Shown: positions 19,027 to 28,696 of the stretch, in pieces | How positions within the stretch are numbered: position 1 is the stretch's first letter | Layout: each line of letters starts with the position of its first letter | DNA from: an uncultured bacterium | GTDB lineage: Bacteria; UBA8481 | Reading direction: 5' to 3' | DNA length: 56,337 nt | NCBI GenBank assembly: GCA_964499705.1 | Contig: CAZCME010000012.1 | Location: forward strand, 62,001 to 118,337 | Translations under genes and position numbers: made by a program | The notes under the pieces: model-generated | Seen by the model: the letters and a program-made list of their open reading frames with translations, nothing else | Databases searched by the model: none | What the model was told of the DNA's origin: nothing

Positions 19027-19830
19027 ATGAGCCGATACATCGTAAAACCCGGCGGAAAAGTCCGGCTGAAGGATCAGGATCCGGAAGACAAGAGCGACTG
19101 GAAGGGAGAGAGGGAGGAAGCCGAACTGGAGCTCATAAAACTTCGCCAGAAGCTCAGCGGCCTCCAGGAAATCCTCTACGCCCAGCACAAGGAGCGCATC
19201 CTCATCGTCCTGCAGGCGATGGACACGGGCGGCAAGGACGGGACGATCCGCCATGTGTTCGAAGGGGTCAATCCGCAGGGCGTCCGCATCGCCAACTTCA
19301 AGGCCCCCTCGGCCGTGGAGCTGGATCATGATTATCTCTGGAGAATCCATCCTCTCGTACCGGGAAAGGGTGAGATCGTCATCTTCAACCGCAGCCACTA
19401 TGAGGATGTCATCGTGGTCCGCGTGCATGAGCTGGTGCCGGAAAAAAAATGGAGGAAGCGCTACGACCAGATCGCGGCTTTCGAGAGCATGCTGGCCGAG
19501 GAAGGCGTGACGATTCTGAAATTCTATCTGCACATCGACAAGGACGAGCAGAAAGAGCGGCTGGAAGCCCGGCTCGCGGAACCGTCCAAGCACTGGAAGT
19601 TCAATCCTCGGGACCTGGATGAAAGAAAACTATGGCCGGATTACATGGAAGCCTATGAAGAGGCTCTCTCGAAAACCAGCACGCGGGAGGCTCCGTGGTA
19701 CATCATCCCGGCAAACCGAAAATGGTATCGTAACCTTGTCATCACGCGGATCCTTGTGGATACGCTCGAATCGCTCGATATGAAATATCCCGCGCCGCCG
19801 GCCGACCTGGACAAGATCGTCGTCGATTAG
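19027..19830 (+). CDS. ppk2: Polyphosphate kinase 2 family, class III-like (polyP:nucleotide phosphotransferase)
   Basis: LQAMDTGGKDG Walker A, FNRSHYEDV, KFYLHI, HWKF, TSTREAPWYIIPANRKWYRN. Confidence 0.92.
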   Translation: MSRYIVKPGGKVRLKDQDPEDKSDWKGEREEAELELIKLRQKLSGLQEILYAQHKERILIVLQAMDTGGKDGTIRHVFEGVNPQGVRIANFKAPSAVELDHDYLWRIHPLVPGKGEIVIFNRSHYEDVIVVRVHELVPEKKWRKRYDQIAAFESMLAEEGVTILKFYLHIDKDEQKERLEARLAEPSKHWKFNPRDLDERKLWPDYMEAYEEALSKTSTREAPWYIIPANRKWYRNLVITRILVDTLESLDMKYPAPPADLDKIVVD

Positions 19831-19831
19831 A

Positions 19832-20164
19832 TCATTCCGGGACGAGGGACGCGACCGTCGTGTTCACATACGCGAGGATCGCTTCGATGCGCGATTCGAC
19901 CCGCGCGGAATCTCCCGCCTTCGCGGCCGCTTCGAGCTCGCCGCCCATCCTGGAGATAGGCGGAAATCCGTAGCTTCCGCCGGAACCCTTGATCTGGTGG
20001 CCGAGCCGCGCGACGACGTCATGGTTGCGCTCGCGACATGCGGCGCGCGCTTCCTCGCAGTATTGCCTCATGAAGACGATGTATTTCGGGAGGAGCGGAA
20101 GGATGTCCTCGTCGATGGTGATGGCCGGAGCGCTTTCGCCGGGCGAATCGGGGACGGCATGCAT
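19832..20164 (-). CDS. Stand-alone HPt (histidine phosphotransfer) protein
   Basis: GHQIKGSGGSYGF HPt motif. TGATG coupling to the upstream REC gene. Confidence 0.85.
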   Translation of the reverse strand: MHAVPDSPGESAPAITIDEDILPLLPKYIVFMRQYCEEARAACRERNHDVVARLGHQIKGSGGSYGFPPISRMGGELEAAAKAGDSARVESRIEAILAYVNTTVASLVPE

Positions 20165-20550
20165 CAGGAGAATGGCATCCGCTTCTCCAGGAGCGCGTTG
20201 ATCTTTCCGAGCAGACGGGGCATTTCGATCGGCTTGATGTCGTAGTCGTCGCAGCCCGCCTCGATGGTTTTCTCCCGGTCCCCTTCCATCGCGTGCGCGG
20301 TCAGAGCGATGATGGGAATCGCCCTGGTCGCCGGTTGCGCCTTCAACTTCCGCGCGGCGTCCCAGCCGTTCATCACCGGCAGGCTCATGTCCAGCAGGAT
20401 AAGATCCGGCAACTCCGATGCCGCCATCGCGACACCCTGCTCGCCGTCAACGGCGAGCACGACCTCGAATCCCTTCCGGGCAAGAAGCCGCGAGATGAGG
20501 TCCCGGTTCATCTCGTTGTCCTCCACGACCAGTATCCTCGTCTTCGTCAT
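20164..20550 (-). CDS. Single-domain response regulator (DivK/CheY-like)
   Basis: ILVVEDNEMNRDL, LLDMSLPVMNG, IIALTAHAMEGD, GCDDYDIKP. Confidence 0.9.
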   Translation of the reverse strand: MTKTRILVVEDNEMNRDLISRLLARKGFEVVLAVDGEQGVAMAASELPDLILLDMSLPVMNGWDAARKLKAQPATRAIPIIALTAHAMEGDREKTIEAGCDDYDIKPIEMPRLLGKINALLEKRMPFS

Positions 20551-20606
20551 CGTCTCCTCGATCCCCTCATTGCCATCATATCAACCGGCACCAGGACGAG
20601 CCATTG

Positions 20607-23075
20607 TCATGGCGCCGGATCCGGCTTGTGCCGGGAGAGCGTGGAAACCGCATCGCGGACGATCCGGAGCAGATCTTCGTGGCTGCACGATCCCTTCTCC
20701 ACGATCTTCTGAACGGACTTCGTGAGCTTCCCGCGCTCGTCCGCGGTCAGATCCTTGACGGTCACGACAAGGACCGGGATATCCTTCAGATCCTCCCGCT
20801 TCCGGATCACTTCGACAAATTCGAATCCATCCATCACGGGCATCATCAGATCGAGTAGAATCAGGGCGGGCCGGGCCTTCGCGAGTTGTTCGAGCCCGAC
20901 CTTTCCATTCTCCGCCTCCAGCACGATCCATCCGTCCTTTTCAAGAATCCGGCGGACCATCTCCCTTGTCGGAGCATCGTCCTCCACGACCAGCACGGTC
21001 TTTTCTTCCGCCGAATGGCGGAACTTCTTCAGGACGGCGATCAGCTGGTTCCTGTCGAACGGCTTGATGATGTATTCCGCCGCCCCCAGCGAATAACCCA
21101 TGTTCCTGTCGTCCATCATCGTCAGCATGATGACGGGGATATCCGCGGTATCCGGATCCGACTTCAAAGCCGTCATGACGGACCATCCGTCCATGCCGGG
21201 CATGAGAACATCGAGCGTGATGGCGACAGGGTGCAATTTCTTCGCCAGTTTCAGCCCTTCCTCGCCGCCCACCGCGATCACGACATCGAAGCCCTCCTTC
21301 TTCAAAAGCCTCTGCATCATCTCCCGCGCGGAAGGATCGTCGTCGATCACGAGAATGACGTTCACGCCGCTCTCATCTTCATTCGTCTTCTGCTCCGAAA
21401 TCAAGGCTCCCGGCGTTTCCGGCAGCACCGCGATCTCGGCGGGAAGCCGGATCGTGAAGGTCGAACCCTTTCCGGGTTCGCTCGTCACCTTCACATCGCC
21501 GCCCATCATCTGGCAGAAGTGCCGGGTGATGGACAACCCCAGTCCCGTGCCGCCGAACTGTCTCGTGGTCGAGTCATCCACCTGGGTGAAGGGACGGAAT
21601 AGTTTCTCCATCTGATCTTCCGTCATGCCGATACCGGAGTCCGTCACGGAAAATATGAGCCCGTCCGCGCTTGATCCCTGCGCGCCCGGGGGCGCCGGGC
21701 CGCGCTCCACCTGGAGCCGGATCGTTCCCTTCTTCGTGAACTTGCAGGCGTTGCTGAGGAGATTCAGAAGCATCTGTCGGACTTTAGTAAGGTCCGCGCG
21801 CATCGCCCCCGCTCCGTCCGCGACCGAAACCTGCAGGTCATTTTCATTCTTCTCCACGAGCGGTTTGATGGTCGCGGCCAATCCTTTCACCATCTCCGCC
21901 ACGTCAAAGGTCTCCAGGAAGAGGTTCATCTTTCCGGCCTCGATCTTCGAGAGGTCGAGGATGTCATTGATGAGCGCGAGGAGGTGCTTGCCGGCCGAGT
22001 TGATCTTGCCCAGGTCGTCCGTGAAGACCTTGTTCCCCATCTCCTGCGAATCCTCGATCATCATCTCGCTGTAGCCGATGATGGCGTTCAGGGGCGTCCG
22101 CAGCTCATGGCTCATGTTCGCGAGAAAAGCACTCTTGGTGCGGTTGGCCTTCTCCGATTCCTCCTTCGCCAGCGCCAGCTCGAGCGATCGCTGCTCCAGC
22201 GAGAGCGTGCGTTCCTCGACGCGCATTTCGAGCAGTTCCGTCCATTCTTCCAGCTCGCCCTGCATCCGGTTCAGCCCTTCGTTCGCGCGCGCCAGTTCCC
22301 CGGCACGCCGCACCATCTCGCCGGAGGATTGCCGCAGCCGGCCGACGACGAGCATGAGCGCGAAGAGCCCCATTGCGGACATCGCCGCCATCAGGCCGGT
22401 CGTTTCCCGAAGCGACTCCCGGTTCTGACCCATGAATTTGTCCACGGGCAGCACGACTTCCAGGACGCCCCGCACATCGCCTTCCTTCCAATCGCGCCTG
22501 GGACTGTCCGGATGCGTGTTATGGCAGTTCACGCACTTGGAGCGCATGATGTCCGCGGTCGCGTATCGGAGCGAAAATCGACCTCTGTAATTTTCGAACG
22601 ACCAGTAGGGCGTCTCCGGATTTTTTCGCAATCGTTCGAGCGCGGTCCGTTCGAACTCGTCCTCCGGTCCATGGCCCGTTCCCCCGGGAAACGGATATTC
22701 GCTATAGAGCCGCGTGTTGCCTCCCAGATCCTTTTCGGCGAGGCGCTTTCCCAGCAGTATGGTGAGTGTCGCCGGCAGCGGGATGGCTCCTTTTTTCACC
22801 TTGTAATCGTGCGTGACGGTGATTCCCTCCTCGCGGACGATCTCGACCACCTCGGATGTATAGAGCGACCTCAGCTCCGCCAGCGCATCGGAATATAATT
22901 TCGCATCCTGAAGGGAGACGGATCTCGTGAGGTTCTCCTGGAGGCTGTAGACATGCCACACCGTGATTCCTACGCCCAGCACGAACATGAGCACAAGGAT
23001 GAGCACGATCGGATCGCGCAACAGGCCGGCCAGCGCGGCCATGTTCCTGGCGAAATCCCGGCGCATGTTTGTCAT
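20607..23075 (-). CDS. Hybrid sensor histidine kinase: TM-DUF3365/Tll0287-like heme c (CxxCH) domain-TM-HisKA-HATPase-REC-REC
   Basis: [58 protein letters not shown]; two receivers (TLDVLMP, LLDLMMP). Confidence 0.9.
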   Translation of the reverse strand: MTNMRRDFARNMAALAGLLRDPIVLILVLMFVLGVGITVWHVYSLQENLTRSVSLQDAKLYSDALAELRSLYTSEVVEIVREEGITVTHDYKVKKGAIPLPATLTILLGKRLAEKDLGGNTRLYSEYPFPGGTGHGPEDEFERTALERLRKNPETPYWSFENYRGRFSLRYATADIMRSKCVNCHNTHPDSPRRDWKEGDVRGVLEVVLPVDKFMGQNRESLRETTGLMAAMSAMGLFALMLVVGRLRQSSGEMVRRAGELARANEGLNRMQGELEEWTELLEMRVEERTLSLEQRSLELALAKEESEKANRTKSAFLANMSHELRTPLNAIIGYSEMMIEDSQEMGNKVFTDDLGKINSAGKHLLALINDILDLSKIEAGKMNLFLETFDVAEMVKGLAATIKPLVEKNENDLQVSVADGAGAMRADLTKVRQMLLNLLSNACKFTKKGTIRLQVERGPAPPGAQGSSADGLIFSVTDSGIGMTEDQMEKLFRPFTQVDDSTTRQFGGTGLGLSITRHFCQMMGGDVKVTSEPGKGSTFTIRLPAEIAVLPETPGALISEQKTNEDESGVNVILVIDDDPSAREMMQRLLKKEGFDVVIAVGGEEGLKLAKKLHPVAITLDVLMPGMDGWSVMTALKSDPDTADIPVIMLTMMDDRNMGYSLGAAEYIIKPFDRNQLIAVLKKFRHSAEEKTVLVVEDDAPTREMVRRILEKDGWIVLEAENGKVGLEQLAKARPALILLDLMMPVMDGFEFVEVIRKREDLKDIPVLVVTVKDLTADERGKLTKSVQKIVEKGSCSHEDLLRIVRDAVSTLSRHKPDPAP

Positions 23076-23170
23076 GTGGAGAGTTTTATACTCTATTGCC
23101 AGTGAGTTGAAAAGCGGGCGATAATATCCAATGCGGTCGAGATGGATTCTCGGAGGAGAGGAATGAATCG

Positions 23171-24619
23171 ATGAAGATCCTGATCGTGGAGGATTCCCCC
23201 GCGCAGGCGCTTCTTCTCGAGACGATTCTCGAGGCGGCGGGCTTTGAAGTCGAGACGGCGTCCACCATCGCGGCGGCGAAAGAAGCGCTTCCGCGCGGCA
23301 GATTCGATCTTGTATTGACCGATCTGAACCTCCCGGACGAGACAGGCGTGGATCTCTGCAGGTGGATGAAGGGCAAGTCCATCCCCGCGCTTGCTGATAT
23401 CCCCGTTATCCTCCTGACCGCGGACGCCGAGGCCCCCGAGATCCGCCGTCCTGCCGCCGCCGCCGGGGCTTCGGCGGTACTCGGCAAATCCATGTCGAAA
23501 AGCGAGCTGATCGCGGAGATCCGGCGCGTACATGCGGAGAAAACGCGGCGCGCGACCGTTCTCATCGTGGACGACGATCCTGCCACGCGTCGATTCATCA
23601 TGGCCGAGGTGACGCGCCTGGGTTGCCGCGCCATACCGGCCGGCTCCGCCGAGGAAGCCCTGCTCTTCATAGGAAAGTTGCGTCCCGATCTCATCACGCT
23701 CGATCTCCTCATGCCCGGAACCTCCGGTTGGGAGATGTTCCGCCGGCTGCAGGCGGATCCGGATCTCCGGACAATTCCGGTCGTCATCGCATCAATGCGG
23801 GCGGAGGAAGCCAGGAGCGGTCTGCTGGGCGCCGTCGAATTTCTCCAGAAGCCCTTCTCCCGATCGACGATCGAATCCATCCTGCTGGAGCATCTCCCGC
23901 GCGACGCCGGCCGTGTCCTCATCGTGGATGACGATCCCGATATCCGGTTTCTTCTCACGAATCTTCTGTCCGACCGGGGATTCGAGTTTCGCGAGGCGAC
24001 CAACGGCCGCGAGGCGCTCGATGTCCTCGCCGATTTCTCGCCCGATCTTGTCCTCCTTGATCTCCAGATGCCCGTCATGAACGGATTCGAGTTTCTCTCC
24101 GAGATCAGAAGCGACCCGCACCATCTCCATCTGCCTGTCGTCATCCAGACCGGAAAGGAACTCACCGACGCGGAGATCGGCGACTTATCCTCCAAGTCGG
24201 CGGCCATCCTCAGGAAACAGGAACTGGATGCTCCGCGTATCTCCAAACTGCTCGGAGACGTGATCGGCACAAGGCTCAAGACCGCGCGGCACGCGCGCAT
24301 GGCGGCGATATCGCCGACGGGCGCGGAATCGGAGAAGTGGTCGGAAGCCGTAACTCCGGATGCCCGCGCATGGTACCGCTCGGAACTTGCCGCGCGCCTT
24401 CTGACGCTCACGGACGCCTCGCGCGATCTCGATCTGGAGCCCGCGCTGAACGAGTCCTCGCGGCGCATCGTTCACATCCTCCGCGGTTCCGGTTCCATGT
24501 ACGGTTTCCCGGACATCACGGCGGCGGCGCGAGCCGTCGAGGAATCGAGCGATCAGGAACGTGGTACACGCCTGGAAGAATTGATCGCCGTCCTCTGCCG
24601 GGCCATCGACGATCACTGA
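23171..24619 (+). CDS. Multi-receiver protein REC-REC-REC-HPt
   Basis: Three receivers ([24 protein letters not shown]) and a C-terminal [12 protein letters not shown] HPt motif. GGAG RBS. Confidence 0.85.
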   Translation: MKILIVEDSPAQALLLETILEAAGFEVETASTIAAAKEALPRGRFDLVLTDLNLPDETGVDLCRWMKGKSIPALADIPVILLTADAEAPEIRRPAAAAGASAVLGKSMSKSELIAEIRRVHAEKTRRATVLIVDDDPATRRFIMAEVTRLGCRAIPAGSAEEALLFIGKLRPDLITLDLLMPGTSGWEMFRRLQADPDLRTIPVVIASMRAEEARSGLLGAVEFLQKPFSRSTIESILLEHLPRDAGRVLIVDDDPDIRFLLTNLLSDRGFEFREATNGREALDVLADFSPDLVLLDLQMPVMNGFEFLSEIRSDPHHLHLPVVIQTGKELTDAEIGDLSSKSAAILRKQELDAPRISKLLGDVIGTRLKTARHARMAAISPTGAESEKWSEAVTPDARAWYRSELAARLLTLTDASRDLDLEPALNESSRRIVHILRGSGSMYGFPDITAAARAVEESSDQERGTRLEELIAVLCRAIDDH

Positions 24620-24622
24620 CGG

Positions 24623-26044
24623 TCACCCCCTGGCGCCGTCGCCGAATCCTTTCCGGTCCATCTTTCCCCAGCCCTTCCGGCCTCTCAGGGCGGAATAGAC
24701 ACCGCGGACACGCCAGTACGTGCAGAGCTGGCGGAAGCCGAAATTCTCCACGATCGCCAGGGCGAAGAGCTTCAGGAGATCAGACTGGCGCGGATACCTC
24801 CGGAAGGAAAGTTCCTCCAGGCCGACCGCGGCGATCGAGAGCGCGATGCCGAGGACGAGGGCAACAAGAAGAAACGCCGTCACGAAGAGCGGCGTCAGGA
24901 TTCCCGCGAACCAGGAGGCGATGAAGACGATGTACCCGCAGAGCTCGATGATCGGCCCCATCATTTCGAGGCAATAGAAGTAGGGAAACGCGGTCGTGCC
25001 GATCGTGCCGTATCGGCGATTGAAGAGCATGACACGGTGCCGTGAGAGCGTCTCGATGAGCCCGCGCTGCCAGCGGTCGCGCTGTCGGCCCAGCACCTTC
25101 ATCGTCTCCGGGCATTCGGTCCAGGCGACCGGATCGGGCACGAATCCGATCCGCGCGGGAATGCCTTTCTCCAGGCAGTGCCGCTGCATCCGCACCACAA
25201 GCTCCATGTCCTCCCCGACCGTGTCCGTCGCATAGCCGCCGACGTCCACCACGGTCGTCCTGCGAAACAGGCCGAAGGCTCCGGAGATGATCAGCGTGGA
25301 GTTCATCGCATCCCAGCCCATGCGGCCGGCGAGGAAGGCGCGGAGATATTCGAGAACCTGGAACGACGCCAGAAGGGATCGCGGCAGGCGGATGTCGGTC
25401 ACCATTCCGGAATTTACGGTGCAGCCGTTGACGATGCGGATGATGCCTCCGGATGCCACCGTCGTTCCGTCTTCCAGGAAGGGGCGGATGATGCGGGAGA
25501 GCGCGTCGCGTTCCAGGAGGCTGTCGGCATCGATCGCGCAGAAGAAGGGCGAATGACAGTGGTTGACGCCGACATTCAGGGCGTCCGCCTTTCCTCCGTT
25601 CTCCTTGTCGATGACCCAGAGGTCGGGCGATCTGCGGCTCCGGTAGATCTCGCGCACATTCTTCGTCGGGATCTCCGCCGTCGGCGAACGCGGCGACGGA
25701 ACAAGATCGAACGCCTCGGCGAGCCTCTCCAGGGTCCTGTCGCTCGATCCGTCGTTCACCACGAGAATTTCGAAATCGGGATAGTTGAGGGCGAGCAGGG
25801 ATTTCACCGACTCCACGCATGTGGCTTCCTCGTTGTGCGCCGGCGCGATCAGCGAGATGGGCGGCGCGCCCGCGCCCGCCACGAGATCGTCGATCTCCAG
25901 CGCCTTCAGACGGCGCGCGTAGAGCCGCAGCGCGCGGAACGCGAAGATGCTGGTGACGAGATAGACGGAGTTGAGGAGGATGAAATAGCCGAGCACGATC
26001 CAGTTGAAGGCATGCAGTATCGTCCAGGCCAGCTCGACGCTCAT
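24623..26044 (-). CDS. Processive GT2 glycosyltransferase (PgaC/IcaA/cellulose-synthase-like)
   Basis: PAHNEE, NDGSSD, NGGKADALN, DADS, TVGEDMEL, QRDRW (QxxRW), C-terminal TMs and WGKMDRKGF. Confidence 0.9.
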   Translation of the reverse strand: MSVELAWTILHAFNWIVLGYFILLNSVYLVTSIFAFRALRLYARRLKALEIDDLVAGAGAPPISLIAPAHNEEATCVESVKSLLALNYPDFEILVVNDGSSDRTLERLAEAFDLVPSPRSPTAEIPTKNVREIYRSRRSPDLWVIDKENGGKADALNVGVNHCHSPFFCAIDADSLLERDALSRIIRPFLEDGTTVASGGIIRIVNGCTVNSGMVTDIRLPRSLLASFQVLEYLRAFLAGRMGWDAMNSTLIISGAFGLFRRTTVVDVGGYATDTVGEDMELVVRMQRHCLEKGIPARIGFVPDPVAWTECPETMKVLGRQRDRWQRGLIETLSRHRVMLFNRRYGTIGTTAFPYFYCLEMMGPIIELCGYIVFIASWFAGILTPLFVTAFLLVALVLGIALSIAAVGLEELSFRRYPRQSDLLKLFALAIVENFGFRQLCTYWRVRGVYSALRGRKGWGKMDRKGFGDGARG

Positions 26045-27153
26045 GAGCCCTCCTGCATAAGCGCCTGCCGCGCGAGCGACGCCCGGGGATGCCCGGACGC
26101 GGCGAACCGCTCCAGGACGTCACGGGCGCCGATCTGCACCAGGCTCGCGGCCGCGCTCATGCCGACCCATGGAAAATCATCTTCCAGGGCATGACGAAAC
26201 ACGGGCGCGTCGTCCTTGTCGCCGAGGAATCCGAGCGTGCGGTAGGCATGCGCGCGCACCATGGGATCGGTCGAATTGCAGAAGCGGCGGACGAGACTCG
26301 CGTGCTCGTTCCTGCCCACTGCTCCCAGAAGCCTCAGGCATGCCGCCAGCACCTCGCGATGCGTTTCCGATTTCAGGACGCGCACCGCGACATCGGCCGC
26401 ATCCAGGTGGTTCAACTGCTTCAACGCTTCCGCCGCCATCGCGCGGACGCGTCCGACTCGCGACGGACTTTCAAGAATCCCGACCAGATCGCCGGCGATC
26501 GCCGGCCCGATCTGCGCGATCATCGAGACGATGAAGTTCTGGCTCCAACTGTCGAAACGCTCCAGTCTCGCCAGGATATGCGGCGCGTATTCAGGATGCT
26601 CCTTCTGCGCCAGCGCGCGCGCGGCAATGAGGACGACAAGAGGCGCCGGATCGTCCAGCGTCTCGATGATGGCCGCGGCATGTTCATGAACACCGAGGTT
26701 GCAGACCGTGTGTACGGCGCGCGCGCGCTGCGTCACGTCCCCCGACTTCATCCGCGCGACTATCCTGGGGAGCCACGGGCGCGCCAGTTCCGCGAGGTTT
26801 TCCCGTTCCTCCCCTCTCAGGCGGCGCGCATAGCGCAGAAGGAAATCGATGAAAAAGAGCTGATCCCGGGGCAGAACCGCCGCGTGCACTTCCGCCACGG
26901 TTTTTTCTCCCACGAGATGGGAGAGAATCAAAGGCTCCCACTCCGCCTCAAGTCTCTTCCAATGGAGCGCCTTTCTCGTGTTGAAGATCCGAAGACGTAT
27001 CGTGATGCCGGCGAAGATTACGGAGAGAAAGAAGAGCGCGACGATCGAGACGCAAAGGAGAATGAGCACGAGGTTGGTCGCAAGATCGTGCTCGGGAAAA
27101 ACCAGCCCGACAACCGATCCCGGTTGAAAATCCATGAGTGATGCCTTGAGCAC
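26041..27153 (-). CDS. Membrane-anchored HEAT-repeat protein
   Basis: N-terminal TM then helical repeats (LDDPAPLVVLIAARAL, DPMVRAHAYRTLG, LEDDFPWVGMSAAASL). ATGA overlap with the GT2 gene. Confidence 0.8.
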   Translation of the reverse strand: MLKASLMDFQPGSVVGLVFPEHDLATNLVLILLCVSIVALFFLSVIFAGITIRLRIFNTRKALHWKRLEAEWEPLILSHLVGEKTVAEVHAAVLPRDQLFFIDFLLRYARRLRGEERENLAELARPWLPRIVARMKSGDVTQRARAVHTVCNLGVHEHAAAIIETLDDPAPLVVLIAARALAQKEHPEYAPHILARLERFDSWSQNFIVSMIAQIGPAIAGDLVGILESPSRVGRVRAMAAEALKQLNHLDAADVAVRVLKSETHREVLAACLRLLGAVGRNEHASLVRRFCNSTDPMVRAHAYRTLGFLGDKDDAPVFRHALEDDFPWVGMSAAASLVQIGARDVLERFAASGHPRASLARQALMQEGS

Positions 27154-27172
27154 GGAACGGATCTTACAGATA

Positions 27173-28429
27173 CTACTGCAGAAGACGACGGACGCGGGCC
27201 ACCAGTTCGAGCGGAGAAAAGGGCTTCACGATGTAGTCGTCGGCGCCGAGCGAAAGCCCGCGCGCAATGGACTTGTCGCTTCCCAGGGCCGTCACCAGCA
27301 TCATCGGCACATGAGCCATGACCGGCAGCTTCTTGAGATTGGAAAGAAGCTCAAAGCCGTCCATTTCCGGCATCTGGACATCGAGAATGCAGAGCGAGGC
27401 ATTGGCCTGCGGAGCGGCTTCCAGGGCCGCTCGACCGTTTGGAAAATGGACAACATCGAAGCCTTCCTTCGTCAGCCGGTGCTGAACGAACGTCGCCAGG
27501 ATCTTGTCATCGTCGGCGAGGAGAATTTTCTTCTTCGGCACTTCCACGTTGTCCTTGTCGGAGATGACCATGTTTCTCCCCGCGGTCTTGGCCTGGTAGA
27601 GATAGCGGTCCGCCTCCGAAACGGCCTGGTCGAGCGTCGCATTGGCCTTGACCTCCGCGACCCCCGCGGAAAACGTGACGCGGAAAGCCTGGCCGGAGCT
27701 TGACGAGAATTCCGTCGCGCGGAGAGCTTCGAGCGATTTCATGAGCGCGACGGCGCCGGAAGGAGCATCCGCGTTCGGCAGGAGCGCGACGAATTCCTCC
27801 CCGCCCCAACGGGCGATCAGGTCCGTATCGCGCAACTGATTCGAGATGATGGACGTTCCCCGTCTCAGGACCTCGTCGCCCGCGGAATGGCCGTATGTGT
27901 CGTTCACGAGCTTGAAGCGATCGAAGTCGATGATGGCGATCGAAAGAGGAGTGCGCGTCCGCTGCCCCATCGCCTTCATCTGCTCGTAAGCTTCGGCGAA
28001 CGCGGCGCGGTTCGCGAGGCCGGTGAGCGCATCCTTCCTGGATTCGCTCGCCGACTTCCGGCGCCGGGAGAGGTGCGAGGAGATCGCCGCGCGGAGCACG
28101 CCGAGATCGAACGGCTTGACGAAATACGTGTCGATGCCGAGATTGAAGCACTGGATCTTGGCGGCCGAATCGTCGAGCGCGGAAAGGACGAAGACCGGCG
28201 TGTCGGCTGTCCGGATATTTTCGCGCATCCTGTCGAGGACGATCCGGCCGTCGATGTCGGGCAGACCGAGGTCGAGGAGAACGAGATCAATATCGCGCGC
28301 CTGCAGAAGCGCAAGCGCTTCCGTGCCGTTGGCGGCGAAATGGAGAGCTCGATCAGGTTCGGAGAGTTTCTCGCCAAGCAGCATGCCGATTGCCGGATCG
28401 TCGTCCACGATCAGAATTTCCGTCATCAT
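27173..28429 (-). CDS. Diguanylate cyclase REC-GGDEF-REC
   Basis: DALTGLANR, DFDRFKLVNDTYGHSAGD, RDTD I-site, RWGGEEF, ADRYLYQAKTAGRN; receivers at both ends. Confidence 0.92.
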   Translation of the reverse strand: MMTEILIVDDDPAIGMLLGEKLSEPDRALHFAANGTEALALLQARDIDLVLLDLGLPDIDGRIVLDRMRENIRTADTPVFVLSALDDSAAKIQCFNLGIDTYFVKPFDLGVLRAAISSHLSRRRKSASESRKDALTGLANRAAFAEAYEQMKAMGQRTRTPLSIAIIDFDRFKLVNDTYGHSAGDEVLRRGTSIISNQLRDTDLIARWGGEEFVALLPNADAPSGAVALMKSLEALRATEFSSSSGQAFRVTFSAGVAEVKANATLDQAVSEADRYLYQAKTAGRNMVISDKDNVEVPKKKILLADDDKILATFVQHRLTKEGFDVVHFPNGRAALEAAPQANASLCILDVQMPEMDGFELLSNLKKLPVMAHVPMMLVTALGSDKSIARGLSLGADDYIVKPFSPLELVARVRRLLQ

Positions 28430-28696
28430 GCCCCTTCCGCGGGATGAATCGAGGGGGAGCTATGAATGAGGTATTTGTCCGAAGCGCCCCTTCATGGTCA
28501 TCCCCATCGAAATCGCAGCACGACAGACTAATGCATCCGGCAGGTTCGTCAAGCCCTTCACGCGCCCTTGATCTCCGAAGGTTAAATGACCCCCAGGACA
28601 CCAGAAAATCACTCTTACCGATCCGTCATCGATCCGGGATCGCTCTTGGAGAAAATGGAATTCGCCGAGGCGTCGCTCGCAGGCGCGGCGAATATC

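Noticed and set aside
23085-23125. Overlapping divergent sigma70-like promoters (TTGCCA-18-GATAAT on +; TTTCAA-17-TATAAA on -)
   Set aside because: Plausible, but the matches are too degenerate to support without TSS data.
1062-28447. Many 200-450-aa ORFs antisense to pho/pst, sulP, helicase, kinase and GT2 genes
   Set aside because: Expected shadow ORFs in high-GC DNA; the opposite strand carries clear family motifs.
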